A stretch of DNA of 32,000 nt, taken from Methanothermobacter thermautotrophicus str. Delta H (lineage in GTDB: Archaea > Methanobacteriota > Methanobacteria > Methanobacteriales > Methanothermobacteraceae). Both the position numbers and the translations under genes were made by a program. The stretch covers positions 420,001-452,000 of the forward strand of contig NC_000916.1 of the NCBI RefSeq assembly GCF_000008645.1, in the 5' to 3' direction. Under the pieces are notes generated by a model that had not been told where the DNA came from, made no database searches, and saw only the letters and a list, made by a program, of their open reading frames with translations. Of the stretch, positions 16,667 to 25,072 are shown piece by piece (the first letter of the stretch is position 1; each line of letters opens with the position of its first letter).

Positions 16667-19600
16667 ATGAGAAAAACAATGATTGAAGAGGTAATAAAGG
16701 AGGTGCTGGGACCACGAAGTGGCCCTGAGGAATCCATTAAAGGGGACCCCTACGATGAGTATATAACCGGTGTTATCATCCCCGCCGGATGGAGTCCCGC
16801 CATAGAAATGGGTGCTGCTGACCCCGATTCTGAAAATGTGAATACAGACATTGTTTCATCAGGAGAGGATGATGATTCTGATTATGAAAGCTCTGTATTA
16901 TCAGGACCATTCACACGGCCCAGATCATTTGGTATTTCATTCATGGCACCCGCCGGTGCAAAGGAAATGGATATCTGTGTCACGTGGGGTCGATACACCA
17001 GATCCGATGATGAGAAAATGTGGAAGAGAAAAGGCCATTTCTGCATCAAAAAATTTTCACTTGAGGAGGATAACACCCGTGAATGCATCTACCGGGAAGA
17101 TGATGGCAGCATAACGATCAATGTTATGATCAGGGAGGACGGAAACCGTAAAAACGTTAGGGTGATTCTTGTAAATGAACTTAAGGTCGCTCGAAGTGCT
17201 TACAGACCTGAAACAGCCTCCTGCATTTTTCAGCCATCCATTCGCATTAACGTTGAAGACCGTCCGGAAACTTCAGATGCCCCTGATGACTACAGAGATG
17301 AGATGAATTTCATTTACAGAAACAGAAAGATTGATGTGATGGGAATTCAATGCTCTGCAGTATCAAAATCATGTGAATACTCACATAACCTCAATGAGTC
17401 TATTTTATGGCCTGATGGTCTTAATCTGGCTGAAAAATTCCCTGAAATTGAAAATTTCAGAACTCCTGACTTCAGAACAGAATTTGTACCTCTCTATCCC
17501 AGTCCGATGCCATCCTTTGATGTGGAAGGGGTTGATGAACTTTCTGCAGAGAAACTTTCAGAGGCATGGAATTCCAGTTCAATTTCAGAGATAGTGAACC
17601 CCCTCATAGATGCATATGAAAGGTGGATAGAATGCAATAAAGGAATCCAGAAGTCAATGGATGGCAAAAATAAAAAATTTGCATCCGGTATAATCAAAAA
17701 ACAGGAAGAAGCGCTGAAAAGACTTAAAAATGGATTGGAAATCCTCATGGATAATGAGAAAGCAAGGCTCGCATTCTGTTTTGCAAACAGGGTCATATCA
17801 CTTCAGCATCAGTGGAGCCGGCAGGGTGATGATTTCCTCTGGAGACCATTCCAGCTCGCATTTTTTCTCATGAACATCGAACCCATATTCAATCCTGAAT
17901 CAGAATATCGTGATGTTCTGGATCTCCTCTGGATACCAACCGGGGGTGGGAAAACAGAGGCCTATCTTGCCATAATAGCATTTACGATGTCTCTTCGCCG
18001 TCTTAAAGGTTCCATCGGCTCAGAAAATATCCAGAGATGCTATGGAACAGCAGTTATATCAAGATACACCCTGCGCCTCCTCACCGTGCAGCAGTTCAGA
18101 AGGACCCTGAGAATGATAACAGCGGCGGAGTATCTGAGAGTTTTCATATGCGACAGCGGTCTCAGGGGATGGAGACCCTCCAACTGTGATATAAAAGAGG
18201 ACTGGTTATATGGTTCTGTGAGGTTCTCCGCTGGCCTATGGGTAGGTGGCGCCGTGTCTCCACTTCATCTGAGAATAAATAAAGGGGCCATTGACATCAT
18301 GACCTCCTCCGGGGATGGTGGGAATGAAAGTGAGCCGGCCCAGGTCATCAGGTGCCCCGCATGCAATTCATGGTTGAGTCTGCCGGATTCTTCAGAGAGC
18401 TCCCTGCCTGCCCATGATAACACAATAATCACCGTGGTCCAGAAAAAGAAGACAGACCTCAGCTTTGAGCCTTCAGAACTCAAAAAAATGTTTCCTGAAA
18501 TCAGAGAAATCAGAACTTGCAGGGACAACCTCAGGGAGAACCATGAAACACTCATCATAAAATTTGATGAAAGAGATATGGACATCCCCCGGATATCAGA
18601 GATCATGAAAGAACTTGAGAATCACTTTGAGTTCTCATCACTGAGCTGGAGAAGACCCGGCTACTTTGGAAGCTCCTTTGATAAAGGGAGGAGGAAAAAG
18701 AAATATTCAGACTTTGAAATATGGTGTCCCAATCCGGACTGTCCTCTGAATAAGGATGTTGACTGGGCGGAGGGTGTTCCCTCAGATGAGGAATCGGAGT
18801 TTCCCGATGGAAATGCCAGAAGAAAGTTTGAGAGTCCTTTTATAGAAAACAGAAGAATTCCTGTTCCTGCCTACACTGTTGATGAACAGGTATACTCAAG
18901 GTGCCCCACAGTTATAATAAGCACTGCTGATAAGATTGCGAGACTCTCCTTTGAGCCAAAGGCAGCAGCCATCTTCGGAAATGTTGATAAATTCAACATA
19001 TTTTATGGTTATCACAGGGATGGGCTATATCCCATAAACACGACAAAGAGTAGTGAAGCCCATGACACTGACGTGGAAGGGTTTCTGCCCCCTGAACTGA
19101 TAATACAGGACGAACTCCACCTCCTTGACGGTCCCCTCGGAAGCATCTTTGGAATCTATGAGGCATCCGTGGAATCTCTCATATGGCGTGGAGGGCTGAG
19201 ACCAAAATATCTTGCATCCACGGCAACGATAAACAACGCACATGATCAGGTCAGACTTCTCTTTGGAAGGGATCTGTTCCAGTTCCCGCCACACGGCCTT
19301 GAAATAGCAGACTCATTTTTTGTTAAGGAAGAGGATCCCGGTGATGCATGGGATGAACGGATTAGCGGAAGAATTTACATGGGAATCGCCGCACCCGGAA
19401 GAGGTCCGATAACTCCCCAGATAAGGCTATGGTCCCGTGTTCTCAAAACATCTGCGGAAAACACAGGCAACGAAGCCATCAGATATTACTGGACCGTTGT
19501 CGGATACTATAATTCCCTGAGGGAACTTGGAGGTGGGATTGCATTTTACAGGGAGGACGTTGTTGAGAGGTTAAAGGAGATTTCCGTGGATGATCCTCGT

Positions 19601-20374
19601 GATATAGATCCCGACCCGCTGGAACTTTCAAGCAGGATTGATTCAACTGCCCTGCCCCTTGTACTTGACAGAATAGAACGCGACGGAGAACAGCCGGGAG
19701 TCCCGGCATATGATGCCATTTTCACAACATCAATGTTCGGTACCGGTGTGGATGTGCCTCACCTTTCACTCATGATTGTCAGCGGTCAGCCAAAGACAAC
19801 AGGATCCTACATTCAGGCCACAGGGAGGATCGGGCGAAGACGGGGAGGTCTTGTCCTGACATTTCTGAATGCTTCAAGACCCCGGGACATGAACCACTAT
19901 GAAATGTTCATGAGGTATCATGCGAGAATTCATGAAAGCGTTGAATCTGTTTCAGTTTCACCCTATTCCGATGGGGCATTAAATAGAGCCCTTGGACCAG
20001 CGACCGTCGCATTTCTCAGAAACATGCCACTGGCCCGTGTTAACTGGACAGAAGAAGATGGTAAGGTCATATTATCCGGAGAATCCTCTGAAGATATTCA
20101 TTATCTGCAGGAATCCCTCACAAACCGGCTTGATAAAATATTTAACAGAAAAGAGGATGTGGAAATAATTGAAAATTTCCTTGAAGAGTGCATCAAAAAA
20201 TGGAGATCTGTTGCGGAAGAAGTCAATGAACTCCGATTTTCAGAGTACATAACCAGACAACACAACGTGGTCCTTGGCACTCCATCGCATGAATATAAAA
20301 ACCTCAAGACAGTTTTCAGAAATGCTCCAAATTCACTGAGGGATATTGAGGAAACAACAGGTTTCAGGGTGTAA
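16667..20374 (+). CDS. drmA: DISARM DrmA-like large SF2 helicase (1235 aa)
   Basis: Helicase motifs are WIPTGGGKTEAYL (motif I, 17936-17959), IIQDELHLL (DExH, 19109-19120), STAT, and FGTGVDVPHLSLMIVSGQPKTTGSYIQATGRIGRR (V/VI). There is a long N-terminal region and split zinc-ribbon-like pairs CPAC (~18350) and CPNPDC (~18725). AGGAGA lies 8 nt upstream, 1 nt separates it from the glycosylase stop, and a DUF1998 gene follows immediately. Confidence 0.8.
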   Translation: MRKTMIEEVIKEVLGPRSGPEESIKGDPYDEYITGVIIPAGWSPAIEMGAADPDSENVNTDIVSSGEDDDSDYESSVLSGPFTRPRSFGISFMAPAGAKEMDICVTWGRYTRSDDEKMWKRKGHFCIKKFSLEEDNTRECIYREDDGSITINVMIREDGNRKNVRVILVNELKVARSAYRPETASCIFQPSIRINVEDRPETSDAPDDYRDEMNFIYRNRKIDVMGIQCSAVSKSCEYSHNLNESILWPDGLNLAEKFPEIENFRTPDFRTEFVPLYPSPMPSFDVEGVDELSAEKLSEAWNSSSISEIVNPLIDAYERWIECNKGIQKSMDGKNKKFASGIIKKQEEALKRLKNGLEILMDNEKARLAFCFANRVISLQHQWSRQGDDFLWRPFQLAFFLMNIEPIFNPESEYRDVLDLLWIPTGGGKTEAYLAIIAFTMSLRRLKGSIGSENIQRCYGTAVISRYTLRLLTVQQFRRTLRMITAAEYLRVFICDSGLRGWRPSNCDIKEDWLYGSVRFSAGLWVGGAVSPLHLRINKGAIDIMTSSGDGGNESEPAQVIRCPACNSWLSLPDSSESSLPAHDNTIITVVQKKKTDLSFEPSELKKMFPEIREIRTCRDNLRENHETLIIKFDERDMDIPRISEIMKELENHFEFSSLSWRRPGYFGSSFDKGRRKKKYSDFEIWCPNPDCPLNKDVDWAEGVPSDEESEFPDGNARRKFESPFIENRRIPVPAYTVDEQVYSRCPTVIISTADKIARLSFEPKAAAIFGNVDKFNIFYGYHRDGLYPINTTKSSEAHDTDVEGFLPPELIIQDELHLLDGPLGSIFGIYEASVESLIWRGGLRPKYLASTATINNAHDQVRLLFGRDLFQFPPHGLEIADSFFVKEEDPGDAWDERISGRIYMGIAAPGRGPITPQIRLWSRVLKTSAENTGNEAIRYYWTVVGYYNSLRELGGGIAFYREDVVERLKEISVDDPRDIDPDPLELSSRIDSTALPLVLDRIERDGEQPGVPAYDAIFTTSMFGTGVDVPHLSLMIVSGQPKTTGSYIQATGRIGRRRGGLVLTFLNASRPRDMNHYEMFMRYHARIHESVESVSVSPYSDGALNRALGPATVAFLRNMPLARVNWTEEDGKVILSGESSEDIHYLQESLTNRLDKIFNRKEDVEIIENFLEECIKKWRSVAEEVNELRFSEYITRQHNVVLGTPSHEYKNLKTVFRNAPNSLRDIEETTGFRV

Positions 20375-20376
20375 AT

Positions 20377-22113
20377 ATGATGAATAACGTGCAGCATCTT
20401 AGAAGATCCCAGTTCATATTCACCTATGGACCTGGAGCCATACTGGAGGGAAAGAACGGGCCCGTGATGATCCCTTCACTCAACGACGGCCTGGGAAACT
20501 ATTTTGGAATAGAATATCTTGAGAAGTTTGAGATTAAGGATAGCAGGCTTTCAGAGTTTCTCCGGAAAAATAAAGAGATTGATGGAACCATACGGCTATT
20601 TTCACTGCCCACCAATGCCGCCCTCTCCCTTGATGAAAACCGTCACATCTACAATACATGGCGGTTTCCCCGCTGGAAAATATGCTATGGAAGAACAGAA
20701 GGGGGACACCAGAATCCCGTCCTTTATTATGAACGTGAAGGGAAAGGCTGCCCCATATGCGGGTCAAGGAATGCCTCAGCCACCCGATTTGTGGCTGCGT
20801 GTCCTGACGGACATCTTGATGATCTGCCATGGAAATATCTCGTTCACAGTAAAGAAACCGGGTGCAATCCAGAATACTTTCACTGGAAAATTGAGGGACC
20901 ATCAATTGCGGATATAATAATTAAATGTCCGGAATGTGGACAATCATCTTCCATGAGATATATTTACAGAAAAAAATTCCGCTGCACAGGCAGACTTCCT
21001 GAAAGATCAGGGCTCCGTTCAAAGGAATCATGTGAACTTGAAATGAAGATTCTTCAGAGACAGTCAACCTCCCTCAGAATACCCGTAACACTGACCCTTC
21101 TGAAAATTCCCTATAAAACCAAACTGGATGAAATACTGGAGAACGATCCAGAATTCAGGGGTAACCTGCGCGGTATTATAAACCATGCAAATAAAGAAAA
21201 TCTGCTTTCAGACGTTAAGCAGAACAAAAGAAAATATTATGACACCGTTAAAGGGAGTATTGAGGACATGGGTTACAGAAGATTCTGTGAACATGTAATG
21301 GGATTCAATAGCAGGATGATAGCAGATCCCCTTGGAGATGAATTCCGGGCCCTCAGAGAAATGCGAACATCTGAAACACTATCAGTGGGAGAGCCTGTGA
21401 AATTTTCTGTTGATTCTCAGATTACCCTCAAAATTGTTCCTGTTGAAAAATTGAAGCTTACAACTGCTCAGATTGGATACTACAGGAGCCCTTATCTTAA
21501 AAAGGACGAAAATTCAGAGATAATTCCGTCAAATATTGTGAGTACAGGTGAAAGGGAAGCAATTTCCGAGTCATGGTGGTATCCTGCGTTTGAGAGTATG
21601 GGAGAGGGTCTGTTCATAACAGCGGATAGAATAGCCCCGGAATCTTCATCCTTAAATGCGCTGCAGGAGTGGGATGAAAGAAAATTGATTCATGACGAAA
21701 TTCTGAGACAGAACACACCTGTGAGTCCAGAATTTGTGTGGTGGCATACACTTTCACATTCCATTATACAGGCCCTCTCGTTATATGCAGGCTATTCATC
21801 ACCCTCAATAAGAGAAAGAATTTACACAGACTCCGGAGGCGCCGGTGGCATTCTCCTTTATTCATCATCGATTGGAGATGATTGCAGTATGGGAGGTCTC
21901 TCTGGATGTGCTTCAGAATCAAAATTTAAGGAGATATGGAAAATAGCAATGAATAATATTGAATTCTGCTCCAACGATCCGATATGTCATCAGAATCGGA
22001 TTTCAGATGGAAATTACAACGGATCCGCATGCCACCGCTGCCTGATGCTATCAGAGACATCATGTGAACACAGGAACAGGTGGCTGGATAGGCATGCTGT
22101 TCTTGGAGATTGA
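20377..22113 (+). CDS. drmB: DISARM DrmB-like DUF1998 protein (578 aa)
   Basis: The N-terminus RRSQFIFTYGPGAILEG is typical of DUF1998 proteins. Internal cysteine pairs are CPICG...CPDGH and CPECG. The C-terminal DUF1998 cluster is CSNDPICHQ...GSACHRCLMLSETSCEHRNRWLDR (21967-22071). It starts 2 nt after the DrmA-like stop. Confidence 0.8.
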   Translation: MMNNVQHLRRSQFIFTYGPGAILEGKNGPVMIPSLNDGLGNYFGIEYLEKFEIKDSRLSEFLRKNKEIDGTIRLFSLPTNAALSLDENRHIYNTWRFPRWKICYGRTEGGHQNPVLYYEREGKGCPICGSRNASATRFVAACPDGHLDDLPWKYLVHSKETGCNPEYFHWKIEGPSIADIIIKCPECGQSSSMRYIYRKKFRCTGRLPERSGLRSKESCELEMKILQRQSTSLRIPVTLTLLKIPYKTKLDEILENDPEFRGNLRGIINHANKENLLSDVKQNKRKYYDTVKGSIEDMGYRRFCEHVMGFNSRMIADPLGDEFRALREMRTSETLSVGEPVKFSVDSQITLKIVPVEKLKLTTAQIGYYRSPYLKKDENSEIIPSNIVSTGEREAISESWWYPAFESMGEGLFITADRIAPESSSLNALQEWDERKLIHDEILRQNTPVSPEFVWWHTLSHSIIQALSLYAGYSSPSIRERIYTDSGGAGGILLYSSSIGDDCSMGGLSGCASESKFKEIWKIAMNNIEFCSNDPICHQNRISDGNYNGSACHRCLMLSETSCEHRNRWLDRHAVLGD

Positions 22114-22146
22114 GGATCTGAACTGATCAGAAATGGTGGTGAATAG

Positions 22147-25062
22147 ATGGAGCCTGCATATTACTATCATGATTATCCCGTGTGTCCAAACTGCAAAGAA
22201 CCTGTGATCACAGGAGCTCCCCTGCTGATTGAGGATGATGGAACATTTAGGTGTTCCTCCTGCGACGCCTTTTTCAGTCCTGCGGTGCATCTTCCGGAAA
22301 ATGAAGGGGTACATGAATTCCTGACGAAAAATCTGAAAGAACCTCCCAGTGAGGAACTGCCCCTTATCTGGCCCATAAAAAATAACGTGATTGAAAAATC
22401 ATATCTCAGCTGGCTTCCCAATATCAGTGAAGGAAAGTACCTGATAACATGGCCATGGAGGAATATCAGGTTCCTCCCAGTTCTAATCTGCGAGTGCCTC
22501 AGGGTTAAAGGAGATGCCAAGATCGTTGTGATCGGTGAGATCAATACCGGTGAAAGTAAAAATGAGCTGGGTTTTCCTGACCCCTTTTCAGCGCTCGGAA
22601 GCCTCCAATACATTGAAGATATGTCTAAGATGGATTCAGGTGATCTCAGAAATCTTAGAAGATTATTAAAAATAGACAGAAAAAATGTATTCAAAAAGAA
22701 AAAAAAGATCCATTACAGAATAAAGGATTCAAAGAACAGACATACGACAGAAATATCAGTATACAGACCAGAAATGACCATTAGAAAATGCATAAACCGC
22801 ATTTTAAAGTACTATAAGAATTTATATGGAATGAATGCTGTAAGGAGTATAACCCAGAAGGATGGGAAGGGTGATAAAAGAATTAAAAAACTGAAGGATG
22901 AAGGAATAATCGCCATAAGCATTGAAGAAAGGGAAGAATGGACGGGCAAAAAACTCAATTTTCCGGTATCTGACCTTTTTCATGTAATACTGAATTATGA
23001 TAACTTAACACGTTTTAAAGATCACTTTAAGTATGATTGCATAACAGATGTCAGGGATACAGATACTTCAGACAGTTCCGTGGTTTTTATCTCACAGACC
23101 CTGGAACCAGAAAAACTCTTTGGCATCGTTGAAGAATGCAACCCAGATATTGTATTTTTCACAGATTCAGATTATTTCGTCAATGAAAGGCTTTTCAACG
23201 GTAGGAGGTGGCAAAAATTCAGAGAATTTCTTCGTTCAACAGAGTGTACTGTTCTGATGTTTTCACTCAGACCCGACAGCAGACACCTGTACAGAGACCT
23301 TCAGGACAGCTTCACATGGCACACCTGGGATTGCATACCCATTCTTGACATACTGACCGGAGATGAAGATCATTCAAGACCATCCCCATTTTCATCATCA
23401 TTCAGTGAAATATCTGTCCCGGGGATTAATGCTGAGATAGAGTACATCCATCTCGAGGAGATTGATAGAATAGAAGAAATCTCCGAAAAGATCCTGAAAA
23501 TAGATAACGGTAAAAATGTGCGCCGTTATCTAAAATATCTTCCTCAGACACCTCTCAAGCTCCGCGGCCCACACAATTATTCAAATGGTGGCTGGGTCAT
23601 TGATAACATTCTGAATCAGATCCTGGATACACCAATCTTTGACGAGGTGAAAAACACATTCGAAGAGGTTTATTCAATTTCATCGGGCCCCCAGAGAAAC
23701 CCCATACTGAACTCCGTGAAAGAAATCATTGAAGCGGAACTTTCAGAGGATGACAGAAAATCTATATTCATAGCTTTAAGATCATCGCGGGAAACAAAGA
23801 GCCTGAAAAAAACTTTTGAAATTGATGAAGAGAATCCTGATGTGCTTGATGCTGTTGATATATGCACCTGGAATGATCTCCCCACCCACCATGGGGAAGG
23901 TCCCTCAGTGGTAATAGCAACTTCATATCCACCCATCGGATACTCTCTGAATGATACAGATATAGATAAATTTTACTTCATAGGAGGATCAACAGCCATT
24001 GAAAAAATAAAATCAGTAGTTAACAACAGAATCACAGAGCAGATTACAAAACCTCTTCACATTCCATCAAGAAAAGAAAGAGCGCCCGAACTTCTCTTTG
24101 AGATTACAGGAAAAATTCATGTTCCTGAAACCGTTAAAGAAGATATCCTAGAGTTTGAAAGATCCATTGAATCAGGATCATATTCAAAGATATCGAATTC
24201 GTATGGGAAAACCTATAAAAAGCGTGCGAGAACAATAAGAGCAGGCACTGAATGTGTGCTTGTGATCAATGAAATGAATTGTGGAATGTTCATACCATCC
24301 CACAGGCTTCTTTTCTTTAAGGATGAAACTGTCGACAGGATCGAACACATCAGAGCCGGTGATAAACCTGAAAATCTTCAGAACAGGACTCTTTTACTGG
24401 ATGAACATGGATTCTATACATCATTCAAAGTCCTTTTCACCAGATTCATGATAGAAATTGCCCCAAACCTGAAAATAAAACGTTCCTACTACACCTGGAA
24501 CGGCTTCAAAGAACTTGTGGATGACTCATATGAATGGTTAAGGAACATCCGAAATGCCATGAAGAAGCTTATGGATGCCCGTGACTGGAATGAAAACAGG
24601 GCAAAGGATTACCTATCAGAATATCTTGTTAAATATGATCTCAACGCCAGAAACCCCGAGTATATAAGAGATCACTGGCTGTCGGATCCAGATATCATAC
24701 TGACGTCGGAGGGTCATGTTCCAGTTTTTGATGTCGAGCACCCCAAGGGAATTTCAGATGTTGAAAAAATATACAGGGCTCTGGATGAACTATTTCCTGA
24801 AATGTGTCTTGATGATGAAAAAGCAAGAAGATCATACATTGCATCACGGACTCTTCAGAAACTGAGAAGAAAATTTTTAACTGATGAAAAGCAATCGCTG
24901 CATCAACGGTACCACAGATTCCATGACGAGCTCTGGAAAGAAATAAATTACGTCCTTAAACGTTCCGATAAATTTAAAATAAAGGATGCCAGAATTGTTA
25001 AGGTCAAGATAGATTCGCCATCCATGAAAATACTTCAAGATTATAAGAGGTATATAACATGA
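22147..25062 (+). CDS. Large uncharacterised protein (971 aa) with N-terminal zinc ribbon; last gene of the DISARM-like operon
   Basis: The intact 971-aa ORF has a GGTGGTGA SD 5 nt upstream and starts 33 nt after the DrmB-like stop. CPNC-x20-CSSC forms a zinc ribbon at residues ~13-40. Two alpha/beta-looking regions follow (KIVVIGEI, VVFISQT, DIVFFTDSDY, TVLMFS; later SIFIALRS, VVIATSYP, FYFIGGS), with no Walker A and no HKD motif. The C-terminus is helical and K/R/E-rich. I recognise no family. Confidence 0.75.
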   Translation: MEPAYYYHDYPVCPNCKEPVITGAPLLIEDDGTFRCSSCDAFFSPAVHLPENEGVHEFLTKNLKEPPSEELPLIWPIKNNVIEKSYLSWLPNISEGKYLITWPWRNIRFLPVLICECLRVKGDAKIVVIGEINTGESKNELGFPDPFSALGSLQYIEDMSKMDSGDLRNLRRLLKIDRKNVFKKKKKIHYRIKDSKNRHTTEISVYRPEMTIRKCINRILKYYKNLYGMNAVRSITQKDGKGDKRIKKLKDEGIIAISIEEREEWTGKKLNFPVSDLFHVILNYDNLTRFKDHFKYDCITDVRDTDTSDSSVVFISQTLEPEKLFGIVEECNPDIVFFTDSDYFVNERLFNGRRWQKFREFLRSTECTVLMFSLRPDSRHLYRDLQDSFTWHTWDCIPILDILTGDEDHSRPSPFSSSFSEISVPGINAEIEYIHLEEIDRIEEISEKILKIDNGKNVRRYLKYLPQTPLKLRGPHNYSNGGWVIDNILNQILDTPIFDEVKNTFEEVYSISSGPQRNPILNSVKEIIEAELSEDDRKSIFIALRSSRETKSLKKTFEIDEENPDVLDAVDICTWNDLPTHHGEGPSVVIATSYPPIGYSLNDTDIDKFYFIGGSTAIEKIKSVVNNRITEQITKPLHIPSRKERAPELLFEITGKIHVPETVKEDILEFERSIESGSYSKISNSYGKTYKKRARTIRAGTECVLVINEMNCGMFIPSHRLLFFKDETVDRIEHIRAGDKPENLQNRTLLLDEHGFYTSFKVLFTRFMIEIAPNLKIKRSYYTWNGFKELVDDSYEWLRNIRNAMKKLMDARDWNENRAKDYLSEYLVKYDLNARNPEYIRDHWLSDPDIILTSEGHVPVFDVEHPKGISDVEKIYRALDELFPEMCLDDEKARRSYIASRTLQKLRRKFLTDEKQSLHQRYHRFHDELWKEINYVLKRSDKFKIKDARIVKVKIDSPSMKILQDYKRYIT

Positions 25063-25072
25063 GAGTACGAAG

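Noticed and set aside
24739-24759. HPKGISD in the 971-aa protein as a PLD/HKD nuclease motif (a hidden DrmC)
   Set aside because: The spacing is HxKx3D rather than HxKx4D. It is a single occurrence with none of the surrounding conserved residues (GSxN) of the PLD family.
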